DNA of 64,000 nt. It comes from Rhizodiscina lignyota (lineage: Eukaryota). The stretch spans positions 248,001 to 312,000 of the forward strand of contig ML978122.1 in NCBI GenBank assembly GCA_010015805.1. The letters are read 5' to 3'. Made by a program: the position numbers and the translations under genes. Shown one piece after another: positions 37,550 through 52,071 of this stretch. The first letter of the stretch is position 1; every line of letters starts with the position of its first letter. The notes below the pieces were generated by a model. The model made no database searches, was not told the origin of the DNA, and saw only the letters and a program-made list of their open reading frames with translations.

Positions 37550-38560
37550 GTAGCAGATGGGTGGACCGGCATATCATTTCCATTTCTCGCTGCTCGAGGG
37601 TGATGTGGTGACACGAGCTTCATGTGAAACAATTTCGCTTCGGGCATGTCGGGGCTTTGTATACGGACCGACTTCGGACTGATAATAAGCCATCCTGTTA
37701 TCCATGATTCAATCAAAGATGTGAAAGTCCAATGGCAAAGTCAAGAAGCCAGTGAAGCTAAAGCACCATGCAAATTGCAGAGACGTACCGGCCCAGCAGA
37801 GTGTCTGGCGTCTGCAGCCCTTGTGGTGGAGATATTGCCCCCTATCCCGTGACGGACGTGCTTTTTCTTACACCCAAATCGGATGCCGCCACCACGATCC
37901 ACAAGCACCATTCTTCTTCCAACCACGGCGCCACGCACGCATGACACGGTCGCTCATTTCTCATTCCGCCCAATTCCGCTCCCGTGGGAGTGGTTGAATA
38001 GATCTCACATAAAAGACTTCCGCAGCCAGCGACCTGGTAGGCGGCTAAATGGCGACAAAGTCCACGAATCCTCCGCCGTCATCTGCTCCACCCACAGGAA
38101 ACGGCCCGCTATCCGCAGCTGCGAGTGCAAGAGCCCAGACGCAGCCGCAAGGCCAGAAGATAAAGAGTGGAGTGCTGGCGACCTTTGACGGTGCGTTCAA
38201 GACAGCGTTCTCGCTTTTCTGAGTAATCTTCCAGAAGTACGAAGCTGTAAGGCTCGTGCCCTGGTCGAGTGTCTACCACTTGTCTTGATTGGCCCTCAGC
38301 CTCAAGTCTCTCAGGCCCGTTGTTGGCGCCTACCTCCTTCCGGAGCGCCAGAGTACACAGTTCAGCTATTTAGCCATCGTCTAGCATCTTCCTTAGTTAT
38401 ATCGTTCGGGAATGCTTTCGGCAAGAGAAGCCCTGCCTCGTTCTTTCGCTCCACATTCGTTGCGTGCACGTCCTGCATACCCTCGGCATCTTTCTCTAAA
38501 TTTATATCGTAACATAGCCTAATCACCATCCACCATATAGATCCGTCAGATTCCTCAGGA

Positions 38561-39812
38561 ATGGCTGGCGGCTACACAAGCAAAAAACGCGTCTACGATC
38601 GTTATAGAATCATCGGCTTCATCTCCAGCGGCACATATGGCCGAGTCTACAAGGCTGTCGGCCGAAACGGCCAAGTCGGCGAGTTTGCCATCAAAAAGTA
38701 CGTCGCCTCATCCAGACTGACGTTGACATTTACTGATCGCTTTCAGATTCAAACCTGACAAGGAGGGTGAAGTCCAATACACTGGTATCTCACAGTCGGC
38801 AATCCGTGAGATGGCACTCTGCTCCGAGCTGTCACATCCCAACATCGTCCACACCGTCGAGATAATTCTAGAGGACAAATGCATCTTCATCGTATTCGAA
38901 TACGCCGAACATGACCTCTTGCAGATAATACATCACCACACGCAGTCGAATCGCTTTGCCATTCCCGCGCCGAGTATCAAGTCCATCTTGTACCAACTCC
39001 TCCAAGGCCTCCTCTATCTGCATCGTAACTGGGTTATGCACCGCGACCTGAAACCTGCGAATATCATGGTCACCAGTGCAGGTGAAGTCAAGATTGGTGA
39101 CCTTGGTCTTGCACGTCTTGTCTACAAACCCATCAGCAGCCTCTTCTCCGGCGACAAGGTCGTCGTCACGATCTGGTACCGTGCGCCAGAGCTGTTGCTT
39201 GGCAGCAAACATTACACGCCTGCAGTCGATCTCTGGGCTGTTGGCTGCATCTTCGCAGAGCTGCTGTCGCTGCGGCCAATCTTCAAAGGCGAGGAGGCGA
39301 AAATGGATAGCAAGAAGCTGCCGCCGTTCCAGCGCAATCAGATGCAAAAGATCATTGAGATCATGGGCATCCCAAATAAGGAAAAGTGGCCACTGTTGAG
39401 TAGCATGCCCGAGTATGCGCAACTCGGTGCGCTAGCGGCGAATAACCCACGACTCAACAAACCGTTTGGACTTGCCAACTGGTACAATCAGACCATCGCG
39501 AACAACAAGTATCCCCCCAATCAGCCAGGTGCTGCACCAGGATCGGAGGGACTCAACCTGTTACAAGGCCTGTTAGAATACGATCCAGAGAAGCGGTTGA
39601 ATGCAGAGCAAGCTCTTAAGCATCCTTATTTCACTCAAGGCGACAAGCCGACGGAGAACTGTTTCGAAGGGGTTCAGACAGAGTATCCTCACCGCAGGGT
39701 CAGCAATGAGGACAACGACATCCGAACGAGTAGCTTGCCAGGTACGAAGAGAAGTGGACTACCTGACGACTCGCTGATAGGTCGTCCCGCGAAGAGATTG
39801 AAGGAGGGCTGA
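38561..39812 (+). CDS. SSN3: Mediator kinase CDK8/Ssn3
   Basis: GFISSGTYGRVYKA, FAIKKFKPDKEG (across intron 38698-38747), SQSAIREMALC, HRDLKPAN, GDLGLAR, GDKVVVTIWYRAPELLLG. Confidence 0.96.
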
Positions 39813-41405
39813 TTTGACTGGACATCTATGGAGCATAGAATTTAAAGTCAACGATATTACGATACCCAGGACATACAACACGACTTAGCTGCGATTTTAC
39901 TACCGTACCTTAACATAGTCCCACTGCACTTGGGCGGTTCAACAGGCTGCTTATCCAATTGGGCGGAGTTAACCAAAAGTACCTTTCTCTATCCAATCGC
40001 CGAACTCCCGAACGAGATGGTGTCATGTATTCGCCGATTGCAACCGTTCCGCCAAGACCATGGTAAATTCAAGTCATGGATTTGCGAGGCGTTTCCGCTA
40101 AATGCGACTGGGTACGGCGAAAGAAACTATTCGAGCATGACATCGTTGTGGCCGGGGAGAACCAACGAGGCTGTTACAGTCTTAGAGTTAGTTGCCTAGG
40201 TGCTTTCCCATGTATATACATGTTCGGGAGACAAAGGGGTAACTCTCTTCGAGTTTACTACGTGAAGTGGGAAGGGGTGTACATTAGCAGCTTACGGAGT
40301 ACAATGCAGGGCCTCAACTAATAGCTAGATGTCCATCTGATGCCCGTATCCCATTTAGCAGATCCGGATTCAGTCACTCAAGCGGGTTTGCAAATTCCTT
40401 TCAATATCCAGTTGCGTAAACTCACTCCGCATTTTGAAACCGTGCTTGAAACTATTTACAAGTGGAGATTTTGGGCAACGCCGCCTCTTCTGAGATTTCA
40501 AGCAGCATAATACCTCGTTACGCTGCATTTATAGGTGAAGAAGGTAAGCCGTAGACCTATAGTATACCGCAGGTTAGCGTGAGGTCTACGTAGAGTCTCT
40601 ATAAAGAATCAACTAGACCCTGGGTACGTAGGGAAAGCTGTGCCTCTAACATAGTAGGTTTAATAGAAGTAGGCCTCGATCCACAGGACGCGCCAACGTG
40701 AGTAACCTTAGGCATGCAGTCTATATTTGTATTATAGATAGTATGCTCCCGCTAGAAGACGGTCATACGTGTAAATTCTCACATTTTTCACGAGTCTGCG
40801 CAGGCTGCATGTCGGGATCCCACGCACGATCAAATGCAACCTCCGTACACCACAGCATAAACATTGCAGAATCGTCCGAATATCATGTTCCATGTTTGAA
40901 TTACAAGTCTTACGAGTAACTTCAACTTCGAATGCGGAAGTTATACAATGAAGAAGGAATGTGAGGCGGTTATGGATCGTATCCAGTCATCTGAAGCCCG
41001 AAAATCTTAGGGTGAAAAAGATGAGATGGAGCTGCGTTTGACCAGCAATGAGCCCAAGCTGTATATGGTGATGCTACAAGCGACTCCCTCGGGTGAAGAG
41101 GAAGATACCGACGGAGGTGGTAAGAAGAGAATGCACACTTAATCCACGGATCGAATTGGTCTTACTCAGGTCGAATGAGACAGAGGTAAGCGTGGGGGAA
41201 TACTGATGACATTGGCATTCCATATTTCCAACAGAGCTTTTTGAACAATTGTATCATCCGAAGAGAGATGTGAGACTTTGTATCATTCCATACCGCCGGC
41301 TCCTTGCAAGAAGATGTTCGCTCCATATCCCAACCCGAGACGCCGCCCAATGTGTCCTGTAATGAGGTACACGGAATGAAGTACAAGCGGTGTTAGATCG
41401 AGAGT

Positions 41406-42584
41406 CTATTCATTATAATGAAACACCTGTATAGCTAGTTAGCGACCGTCTGTTGCACTGTTGTGCATGCAATGGCCAAGACTTACGAAATAATTCGGCA
41501 AACCCCAACTCTTCCAACCCAACCTACTCGCCATCTTGGCAAATCCTTCCGTCTCTATGAGGTGGTAGAAAGCAAACGGCGGAAACATTGCACCGTCCCT
41601 GTGCACGTCTGCCTTTACCAATAGGGCTGTCCCGCCCACTCCATCCAACTGCACCTCCTTAGTTGTATCACCGTCCGGCTCCACCATGTATGCCATCAAT
41701 GTTCTATAAGTTGCCATTTCGGGATATCCTTCAAGGAGGATGTCATCTTTGCCCATCTTCTCGCCCATTGCTTGAGCGGTTGGGCTGTCGACCCAGGAGT
41801 TGAAGTCGTACGGTCGAACGTCCATTCTCCCCAGCTCCTTGTTGTAAAACCGCTGGAAGCAATTTGGCACGATGACCGGCTTGTCGTGCGCGGCCAAATC
41901 TTGGATTAGTGTTGGTGGTGTCTCGATGATATCGGAATCCAGCCACAGCACCCAGCTCGTTCTCGGGCCAAGGGTGGTGAAGAGCAACGAGTTGCGTGCT
42001 TTGCTCATCGCTGCGCGCCGTGCCTTCTGGTTCTCAAGCTTGTGTCGTTCGTGTTCTGATTGGGTCTGCAAAGGTGACTCCGTGTCTTGTCGGAGGATGG
42101 TGATACTGGCGAAGCGTTTTGACTTCGAGCCAGATTGAGTCTTGGCTACTTGTTCTTGTAGTAATTGGGTCGCGGTATTCCCATCTTTCCCCTTTGGAAG
42201 GATGAAACCCAGCGAGATCAACTCGTGTGGATATGATAATGAGAGTAGGTTATCCCAGTATTCTTGATAGAATCTGGCCAGTGGCGTCAGGATCAAGACT
42301 GTCTCCTGCTTTGCTTCTGCTTCTGCAGAATTTGTCAAATTGCTCATCATATAGTGCACCACTGGTGTAGCGACCAGCTCTTCGTCGTCTTTCGGTTTTC
42401 GGAAGGGTAGTGAGGGAGGTGATAGCGCGTTCGCTGCTGACTTGGTGGCATCGCGAATCTGATTGCTTGCCGCGCCATCTGAGGGTTCTGAGAAGATGAA
42501 GTATATGAAACCGACAGCGAGGAGGAGAGCGAGGACGACAGAGATGGGATTCGTTCGTCTGAGGGATCGAGGAGAGGGAGACAT
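41406..42584 (-). CDS. MNN9: Mannan polymerase subunit Mnn9 (Anp1 family, GT62)
   Basis: Type II TM, VLILTPLARF, LSYPHELISLGF, ARNSLLFTTL, WVLWLDSDI, YDFNSW, LDGVGG, IETEGFAKMA, GLPNYF, then a terminal intron and last exon VFHYNE-stop. Confidence 0.92.
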
Positions 42585-43135
42585 CTTTTCGGAGGGAGGA
42601 CGGCGGTGCGCCGCCTCGTAGGGGCTGTGAGGAGAAAACTTTAGCATCTTCTCCAAGGCGTCATAGTCTTGCTTGAAGACGCGCAGCTGGCAACCGCGCA
42701 AGAAGCGAGGAGTTGCGGGAAGGAAGGATGTGCGTAAGGGGCCAGCTAGCTCATTAAGGGACCAGAGGGATCGTCGAGAACGAAGATTGAGGTGGCAGAT
42801 CGCACTCACTTGTGAGAGGCGTCGAGTATCAGCGCCGGCAAGACATGGGCGCGCTAATGCTGTTCGCCAGCGCCAGAGCAGTTTCGTTGATTCAGAGTCG
42901 CGAATTGTCGTTGGAGTTTCGGTCGTCAAGTACAGTCTGTCCTCAGCCAAGCTGAAATTTGAGGCTCTCCGCCCGCGGCTGGCCACTAGGCCTATTGCGA
43001 TTTAGCGTATATAAATCTCCCGCTCTCCCGCCGATCACCACCAACAGTTCCACCGAGCTCGTGACATGTCGATGAGATCCAACAATTTACGAGTTGAAGT
43101 GGACGTCCTGCGATGACAATACATTGCTGTACTGG

Positions 43136-45817
43136 ATGTATTTTACGGCTGAGTCGTCATGGCGCCTCGTCTCCAAAGTCTCGCACAACCTTGCTCTGAG
43201 GCATGCGCATCCAATTCGACCATGTGCATGCCCACCAACACTTTTCAGATACTATACGAAGCCTGGCCACACTGGTCTCGCTGGCCCTCGTCCAAAAACT
43301 CAACAGACTCAAGGAAAAGGCCAGTTCCGTCAAAACTCTGATCTGCGGAATGACCACATGCCGATGAGGGATCGAATGCGTATGATGGGCACCACCATCA
43401 CAACAACTAATCCTGAACTGACGGTGAGTATGCAGTCTGCCTATCTTTGTTTAATGAATGGCATATTGAGCTTGAACTCGACTGACTAGCTCAAGCAATC
43501 CACTGAAATTGAGAGATTCATCGACCCACTCCCGGCTTCTTATAACCTTCCCAGGAAACCCGTATTTACTTTGTTGTTAACTCCCAGCTTTGCGCACTGG
43601 CTTACTGGCGACAATGTATTTGTCCGAAATGTTATCAGAAAATTGCTCGCAGAGCGTCTCGAGCGTGAAAATTTCCCTCCCCACCTGGACGTTGTCGCCG
43701 CCGTAGTAGATCGCCTTCCACTGCCGCCAAACGAAAAGGACTCTGCAGAGGGAAGAGAAGGAATTGCGTATTCTATCTCAGATGCTAAGAGAATGCAATT
43801 TCTTATTGCTGAAGACCAATCTCCAGTGGGTGAGGCTGAGACGGCATTATCAACTCTCACCGTGAGGGTTACTGGCCTGGGCCATGCTATTGCGGAGCAA
43901 CGTGTTGAGGGCAGCCACAAATCACCAAAAAATGTTGTAATTGGGATTGATATTCCCCTTGCGAACACTATCTTCCATACGGGCCAGAAACACACGTTCT
44001 TCCTGCTCAACTTCGCGTCTAATCCTGACTTCCCGGATATTGATCGGTTTGAAGACAATTTGAAGCTTACCAGGAAGATACCACTTCAAGCAGCTTCGGT
44101 TCCGTACAATTTCTCAGGGTTGGACCGGGGGATGCCCGGTTCTTTATCACTGAACGCTTGTTTGATGTCCCTGACATCGCCCCAGCGGGTTCATGCTGCC
44201 TACGGAAACATTGTTCGGCAATTGTCGGATCCTGAGGATGAAGCCAATATCACGCCAGCCTCGCAACAGCTTGAACATGCTGTTTCGGAACATTTCCAAA
44301 GGAGTACCATAGATCCGCATCCGGTATCGGTGTGGGCGCTCCTAATACCTGCGAAATTATCCAAAGAATGGGAACATGGAAAGAAGAAACTGCAACAGCA
44401 GCAAACAGAGCCAAACGACTCCAGACGAGAGATTCTGTACGCCATAGCTAATGGTGGTCAACTTCTTAAAGTTCTCAGCGGTGGTGGCGGTTGGGGAAAG
44501 AAAGCAGGCCTGCTGTCTCTGGATCCGGAAACATCATTTTCAAAACCAGATCATGTGGGTTCCGAGGGTGATTACGAGTCGAAACACGAGTTCAGTTTTC
44601 CCATTCTTTCCTCGCATGCGGCTGCACATGTCGGGGACCTTTTGCAGTTCTTCATTTTTCAAGAAGATCACGGGCACGTAAGTAATGAACAGCGAACCGG
44701 CATAATGACATTTGGTACTACTGGCGAATCCATTGAACAGCACTCGGAGAGCAGCGAGGCATCTGATGTGGGACGAGAGAGAGCACACATCCGAAGATAC
44801 TCGGGATTCTTCGGTGCACTATCAGAGAGAGGAGTGGAACTGGTTGTACACATTTGCTCCGAGGAGATTGCACGCACCAAAGTCGATGTCCCTGGGTCGA
44901 GGCTGACTGCTAGCTTCCTGTCCGGAACGCAAGGGGGCGTGACTCGCAATCAAGCTGGCTCTGGTGCTTGTATATCAAGCGCGGTGCCCGAGAAGTCCGA
45001 TAATTCAGCGCTTGATCCTATCGGGGGTGCAATCTCACCAGCGAGCCCCCAGGGGAAACAGTTCGAAGAGATGAGGACCAGAGTGATGGAAGGGATGTTC
45101 CAGAGGATGCGTCATTTCAGAGTAAAAAAACATGGAGTCTCTGAAGTGCCAACTCCCGAGCGACGGAGTGCTAAACAGATAATGATTGGCGGCGCGCCTA
45201 CTCACCACCGTTCGACCAAAATCAAGTATTTCACTGTCCAATCCCCCTATATCAGGCGGGTATACCGCGACCGAGCTATTCTTCAACAGGCACGCAAAAT
45301 TTTCGACAGGGATTCTGAGAACGGCGACGCTGCATATGTTCCATTTCCACCGATCGAGGCTGCAGACTCTGATGGCGATCCAAAGATTGCCTTCCGTATC
45401 AGGCGCACATCGCAATCAGTGCATAAGATATCACCCGACCCGTCCACTCCTCTAACAAATAAAGGCCTGATTCCCTCGCAACCTAGTGGGGCTGCTAGAC
45501 CTCTGATTAAAAGAGTATACAGCGTTCGTCCTCGGATGATGCAGCGAGCCAAGTCTAAAAGACCAGCGAAAGCCAACATCAGATATTATATCCCAACTTA
45601 CCGCCGCATAAAGTCAGACGATGGTTATCTCGCTCGACTCCGCAGAGCGCGGGGGGGACGGATACGTCAAGTGCAAAGTCCTCCAGCACGACTACATCGC
45701 CCTTTCGAAACGTGCGCGAGGTCAAGATTGGTAAGGGAGGTGAAGTACACTCCCAACAGAGATCCGCAATTATGGGATTTGGCAAATTCTGTTTCGGCGC
45801 TGTTGAGAGGTTTCTGA
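43136..45817 (+). CDS. Uncharacterised fungal protein, possible mitochondrial presequence, 2 exons
   Basis: Exon 1 from ATG 43136 splices (GTGAGT 43423...CTGACTAG 43489) in frame to the 748-aa ORF. Conserved-looking blocks AAVVDRLP, PLANTIF, GNIVRQL, VLSGGGGWGKKAGLLSLDP; Arg-rich tail. Confidence 0.7.
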
Positions 45818-46947
45818 AGGGCGATTGAGGTCCCATCTTGACGTTTGATACCTTCAGTTTACGTTATATGTTGTGGCGCTGCGTTTTGGCGGATCCTTGC
45901 CTCGGATAAGGCGATTGATCGTGTAAAGTGTATAATTTTCTACAGTAGAGAGCATAGCGCACTTGTGGTCACCTTTTTGTACTCATAGGGTCAGGATCGT
46001 GTAAGTAGTTGCAATACACCACGAAAGTTCCCAAGAACTTCCTCCCTCACGTCAGAAACATGTCTCCCCGCTTTGGAAGAACTTCGTCTCCAATCCTGGC
46101 AGTAACTCTAATGTCAAGACGACGCCGAGTAAATGAAGCTGACTGTCAGCAACAGCACATGTCGTTCACTCTTAGAGGTTGCCGTGAGGTGGCTTCTGAG
46201 GTATTTCAACGCGTAAATACACTTCAGTTTAAGCGGAAGAAAGTGTTTCTCAACTTGGCGGGATTGAAATAGCAATCTCAGATCAGTCCCATGTGAGTCA
46301 ATATTTCTGAAGAGCTCAAATAACTACAACCATTCAGCTTCCTTTCCAATATGCTCGCACACAATGCTTCCTAGAAATCCTATTTATGAAAAATGTCCAT
46401 GAATTTTCCTACGAAGATATGTATGAATGTCAATCTGATTCTCACAATATCCAATTCTCCGACATATTTAGATTTTCTGCAGGGCCCATGCTACGTTGTC
46501 CGTGATGCCGCTCCTTGTCGCAGCTTGGCTCCTTCAAACAACATCCCGGTCTATCATCTCCTGTGTTTCACTCAGCTTCGACCACTTAACGATGCACTCG
46601 GCCAGCGTCGAAACTCTTCATGAAGCAGATGAAGGCGATGCGCACAGTCCAGACACCGATTCGTCGAAAGCGCCAGATCCGAGCGGCGGCCTGGCGCGTA
46701 AGCTCCTAGCCGTCACAGATGGGGTCTGATGCAATCGGCGTCAATTCACTCAAAAAGGCCTTGCTCTCACACCTGGGAACCATTTGAGTTTCCTGATTTG
46801 CCCCCCGCATTCCTAGCCTTGTGTGTAGGATGTCGATTACTGATTGACGAATTGGATATTTGAAAGTGCTCAGCTCCTTTAACTACTTTCTTTTCTCTCC
46901 CCTCCCTTTCCATTTCAATTCAAAGCTTCTTCTCCACTGCTCCCATC

Positions 46948-48157
46948 ATGGCGAAGAGCACTGACGAACAGCCGCTCACAAACTCTACTGCGGAGAAGAC
47001 AGCCATGACTTCGCAGCCAGACGATACACACCAGGACGGGGATAGTAATAATGTAAACGGCGCAAAAATAAATACTACGGCTCCACCCCCTGAGGATTGC
47101 GGCTGTGGCACCAACGAGGGAGATCTGGACGTGTCGAATACGCTTCCTACCGCAGACGTACTGAAGAAGTGTGCCGAGCTGCCTGTATACGATGCGGACG
47201 GGAAACAGCATTCGTTTAAGAGCTTGGTAGAGGGCGATGGCAGTGGGAGTAAGCACATGGTGATATTCATTCGACACTTCTTCTGCGGCGTGAGTATTTA
47301 CCCTCTTCTCGTCTTCGGCCTGTTTGTGGTTTCAAGCTCTTCATATTCAATGCATGCTCATATTGCTACTACAACAGATCTGCCAGGAGTACGTCCGCAC
47401 ACTTGCTTCTTCCTTCTCATCGTCTACCCTACCTCCTTCTACTGCCCTTACAATTATTGGCTGCGGATCTCCCGACCTCATATCCAACTACACCGCCGCG
47501 ACATCCTCCGCATACAAGATCTACTGCGATCCAAAAGCAAAACTCTACTCCACACTAGGTATGCAGCGGAGGTTACAGATGGGCCCGAAGAAGCCGGACT
47601 ACATTCAGAACAGCATGTGGATCGCGAGCCTTAAGAGCGTAGTGCAGGGCCTAACATGGAGAGGTGGGCGAGGTGCGCTGAAAGGCGGAGATTTCAGTCA
47701 GAATGGAGGAGAGTTCTGGTTTGTGAGGGGCGAAGAAGGACCGTTGGACGGATGGAACGTGGAATGGTGTCATAGGATGAGGAATACGCGTGATCATGTC
47801 GAAGTGGCGGAGTTGAAGAAGGTCATGGGCGTCGCTGCTGGGCCTACAGAGACTCCTCCTGCTACCTCTAACGAGATCAATGGAGCTAAGAAGGACGCTG
47901 AAGAGGAGAAGGGGGATGAAGCACCCGCCGTGACAGTCTTGAATGGCGATGGCGAAGTGCAGAAGACGGAGAAGGCCGAGGAGCCCGCAGAGCCCAAGAG
48001 GAGGGCAAGCAATCTGATGAGGGGCTTCAGCTGGCGAAAGGGAAGCCAGGCCAATGGAGGTGCAGCGGGTGGAGAATCCAAGGGGAAGGAGAAGGCAGGA
48101 TATACCAAGTTGGATGGAGGCGGAGCGGAGAGCGGGAAGCCCATCGAGGTAGCATGA
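46948..48157 (+). CDS. AhpC/TSA-like redoxin (AAED1/PRXL2C-type thioredoxin fold)
   Basis: IFIRHFFCG joined through intron 47290-47378 to ICQEY gives a CxxC; IIGCG, QNGGEF, WCHRMRNTRDH. Confidence 0.85.
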
Positions 48158-48758
48158 GCGGGAGGATCGGCGGTAATTGCATGGATGGTGCTATATATTC
48201 TTGCATGGGCCTGCTTTGTACACTGATTGAGTCAGGAGGCCCTCTTGGCCTTTGCTGCAGCCAGATACCAAATTGTTTGCGGATATTCAATCAATTGCTG
48301 TTGCTTCACTGCGCACCGCCGGGTCCTTTCACCATTCTGGGAAGGGCAGCCTCTTCCGACAGCACGGAAGCTGATTTTTCAATGCTGCACTCCCGCTTTC
48401 TCGCCACGAATTCGGAGAGACCTTCCTCATGAGCTTTACATGATGGAAGCAGCTGGAGCCAAAGTAGGACACCGGCTTTTCAATGGAATGATACGGACAT
48501 AGTTCCGATTCCCGCCGCTGCGCTCAGCCCGCCGGCGGATGAAGTACTCACGCTTGCTGCGGGGCTCTGAAAGCTGGCGATGGACTTAAGGATTCCCCAC
48601 ATGCGCCCTGGGATTGCTAGTCGAGGCTCTTCCGACGCAAATTCTGTCATCATTAGTCCATATTCTCGATCGAGACGGTTTCCTTAAGTCACGCCGCTTA
48701 ACTCACCAGCTCCTTCAATTCCATTGCACCCAAAGCATACCTCGATACCATTGTCACC

Positions 48759-50228
<1,470 letters not shown>

Positions 50229-50364
50229 CTAGACGATCGGCCAAGATTGTAATGAACGGGACGAGAACCCCGAAAATCTGCACTGCGAAATCCGAAACAT
50301 CGTCTGGTACTTCGAAGGATGTAAAATGTAAATCAACGAAAGAGCTGAATACCAATAGAATTCA

Positions 50365-51804
50365 CTAAGCTACCCCTTCCTTTACGGCTTTCTCCTTGAC
50401 ATCTCGAACATTTGCAAGCAAACCAACGCTCCTTGTGAACGAGGCAAATGACCAAAATGCCCCTGAAAACTCCATATCATACCAGTAATTCACTGCGCAG
50501 CAAACCCCTTCTTCCGAGCAACTCTGGGATACCTTGTGGTACCACAATGCGGGCAGATAAAGCATGTCCCCTTCATTGAGAGTCACTCTCATCGGCCGCG
50601 AGTACTGTGAGAAGTCCGTCTGGCCCTTAGAAGGGTCATCTGGATCCCACGTTGCGAACGGCACAGCAGTTGAAGGGGAGTCGATTCGCACGATAAGATC
50701 GTTGTAGTGATCTTCATCCGAGTCAGTTGCGTAGGTAGATGCTGGGAGCTCTCGTTCATTGATACAAGCCGCTTCGGTTGGCGGAAGGAGCACAAAGTGC
50801 TTCTGCCCAAGCACTTGGACGTAGATGTTTTCATAATTATCCTTATGAAGCGCGGTCGTGGAATGTGAGTTTCCTGTATGCATTAGCGTGTGTAAACCAA
50901 GCGCGTCTCGTACGAGAGATAAGCTAAAACGGAGATATGAGAAGTATGATGGTGGGTGGTGGAGTGGTGAACTAATTAAGTGGCGGAGTTAACAGTTGAC
51001 AGTACCTAGCCAGAAATTGATGGCATCAGGATTGCGCTCGAGCGCGACACGGGCGAATGGAATGTCCTTTGGGACGTCGGAGAATAAGGTTTCATATTCG
51101 TTGCGGAGATTGTCGTTTTGAGTTTGGGCATAGCGGACAGGACCTGCTTATGCGTTCAGCACTCTTTCAAGCCCACAATATGTGATTTAATGACTTTTAG
51201 ATCAGAAAGCCGAGCAGGAATACCTTTGTAGTCTGTTCGAAGCTCCTTCTCTTGGATGTGTCTTACAACCGTTGCGAAATCCTCATCAACCTCGTACGGC
51301 TTTACAAATACAACACGGCCATCATCGAGCTCTAAAGGCGAATCTGCGTTGCTTTGCTATAATCAGAATACGAGGAAGAGAACGAACGCACACGTTGATG
51401 AAGACTCTGTACCTACCCAAACGGCGTGATTGCAACGTTCACCAATTGGCCCTCCATGACATGATGAAGATACTCTACGTTCCATTTACGACATGCAGGC
51501 CAATCCTTTGCACCTTTGCGTACGACGAATGGCCTGTTGCAGGAGACAAAGCGCATGAATTCCAGTGGACTCGGTTCTTCGTCCAGCTCTTCGATCGTTG
51601 GAGAGTTCAGCTCGTGGTATGTGGTTATGAGATCTTGGAGGATATTAGACTAGTAGTAGAGAGGAATGATGCAGATAAAACTAAAGTATGAGGTTCAAGG
51701 AGGAATAAAGGTGATAATTGACGATGATGAAGTTTATTTAGTCTACCTTTGATGGAGTTGTGGAGTGAGCACGGCACCTCAGCGCTGCTGTTGTTGTCCT
51801 TCAT
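50365..51804 (-). CDS. JmjC/cupin-8 2OG-Fe(II) oxygenase, JMJD7-like, 5 exons
   Basis: Spliced translation includes EPSPLEFMRFVSCNRPFVVR, VAITPFGNAD, YAQTQNDNL, PDAINFWLG, TTALHKDNYEN (HxD), YLPALWYH and AVNYWYDM. Confidence 0.88.
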
Positions 51805-52071
51805 TGCTGCAATTTACGAGAGTTATTACTTTGAACATTATAATAAGCAATCAACAGCTGACAGACACCTGCCAAAAACTTCGCGGGATGATCCAGAGAC
51901 AAGAATGACAGGTTGGCAAAGTCTTGGAAGAAGGGACGGTGGGTCCCTTTGAGAAAATTCAAACATCCATTCGCGAAATCTTCTCAACACAAAACCCAAC
52001 CTCCTCTTTTATTGTTTCTTTCAAGTGAACTTCCGTGTTTCAAGTCAAAGATCTTCTCTAAATTCATCAAA

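Noticed and set aside
42585..42986. 134-codon in-frame upstream extension of the MNN9 ORF from a GTG
   Set aside because: Low-information sequence containing a GTGAGT donor, probably 5' UTR with an intron. The type II TM topology fits a start at 42584.
48500..48545. GTTCCGATTCCC resembling a tRNA T-loop
   Set aside because: Does not match GTTCRA and no cloverleaf could be built; more likely a GC-rich promoter element.
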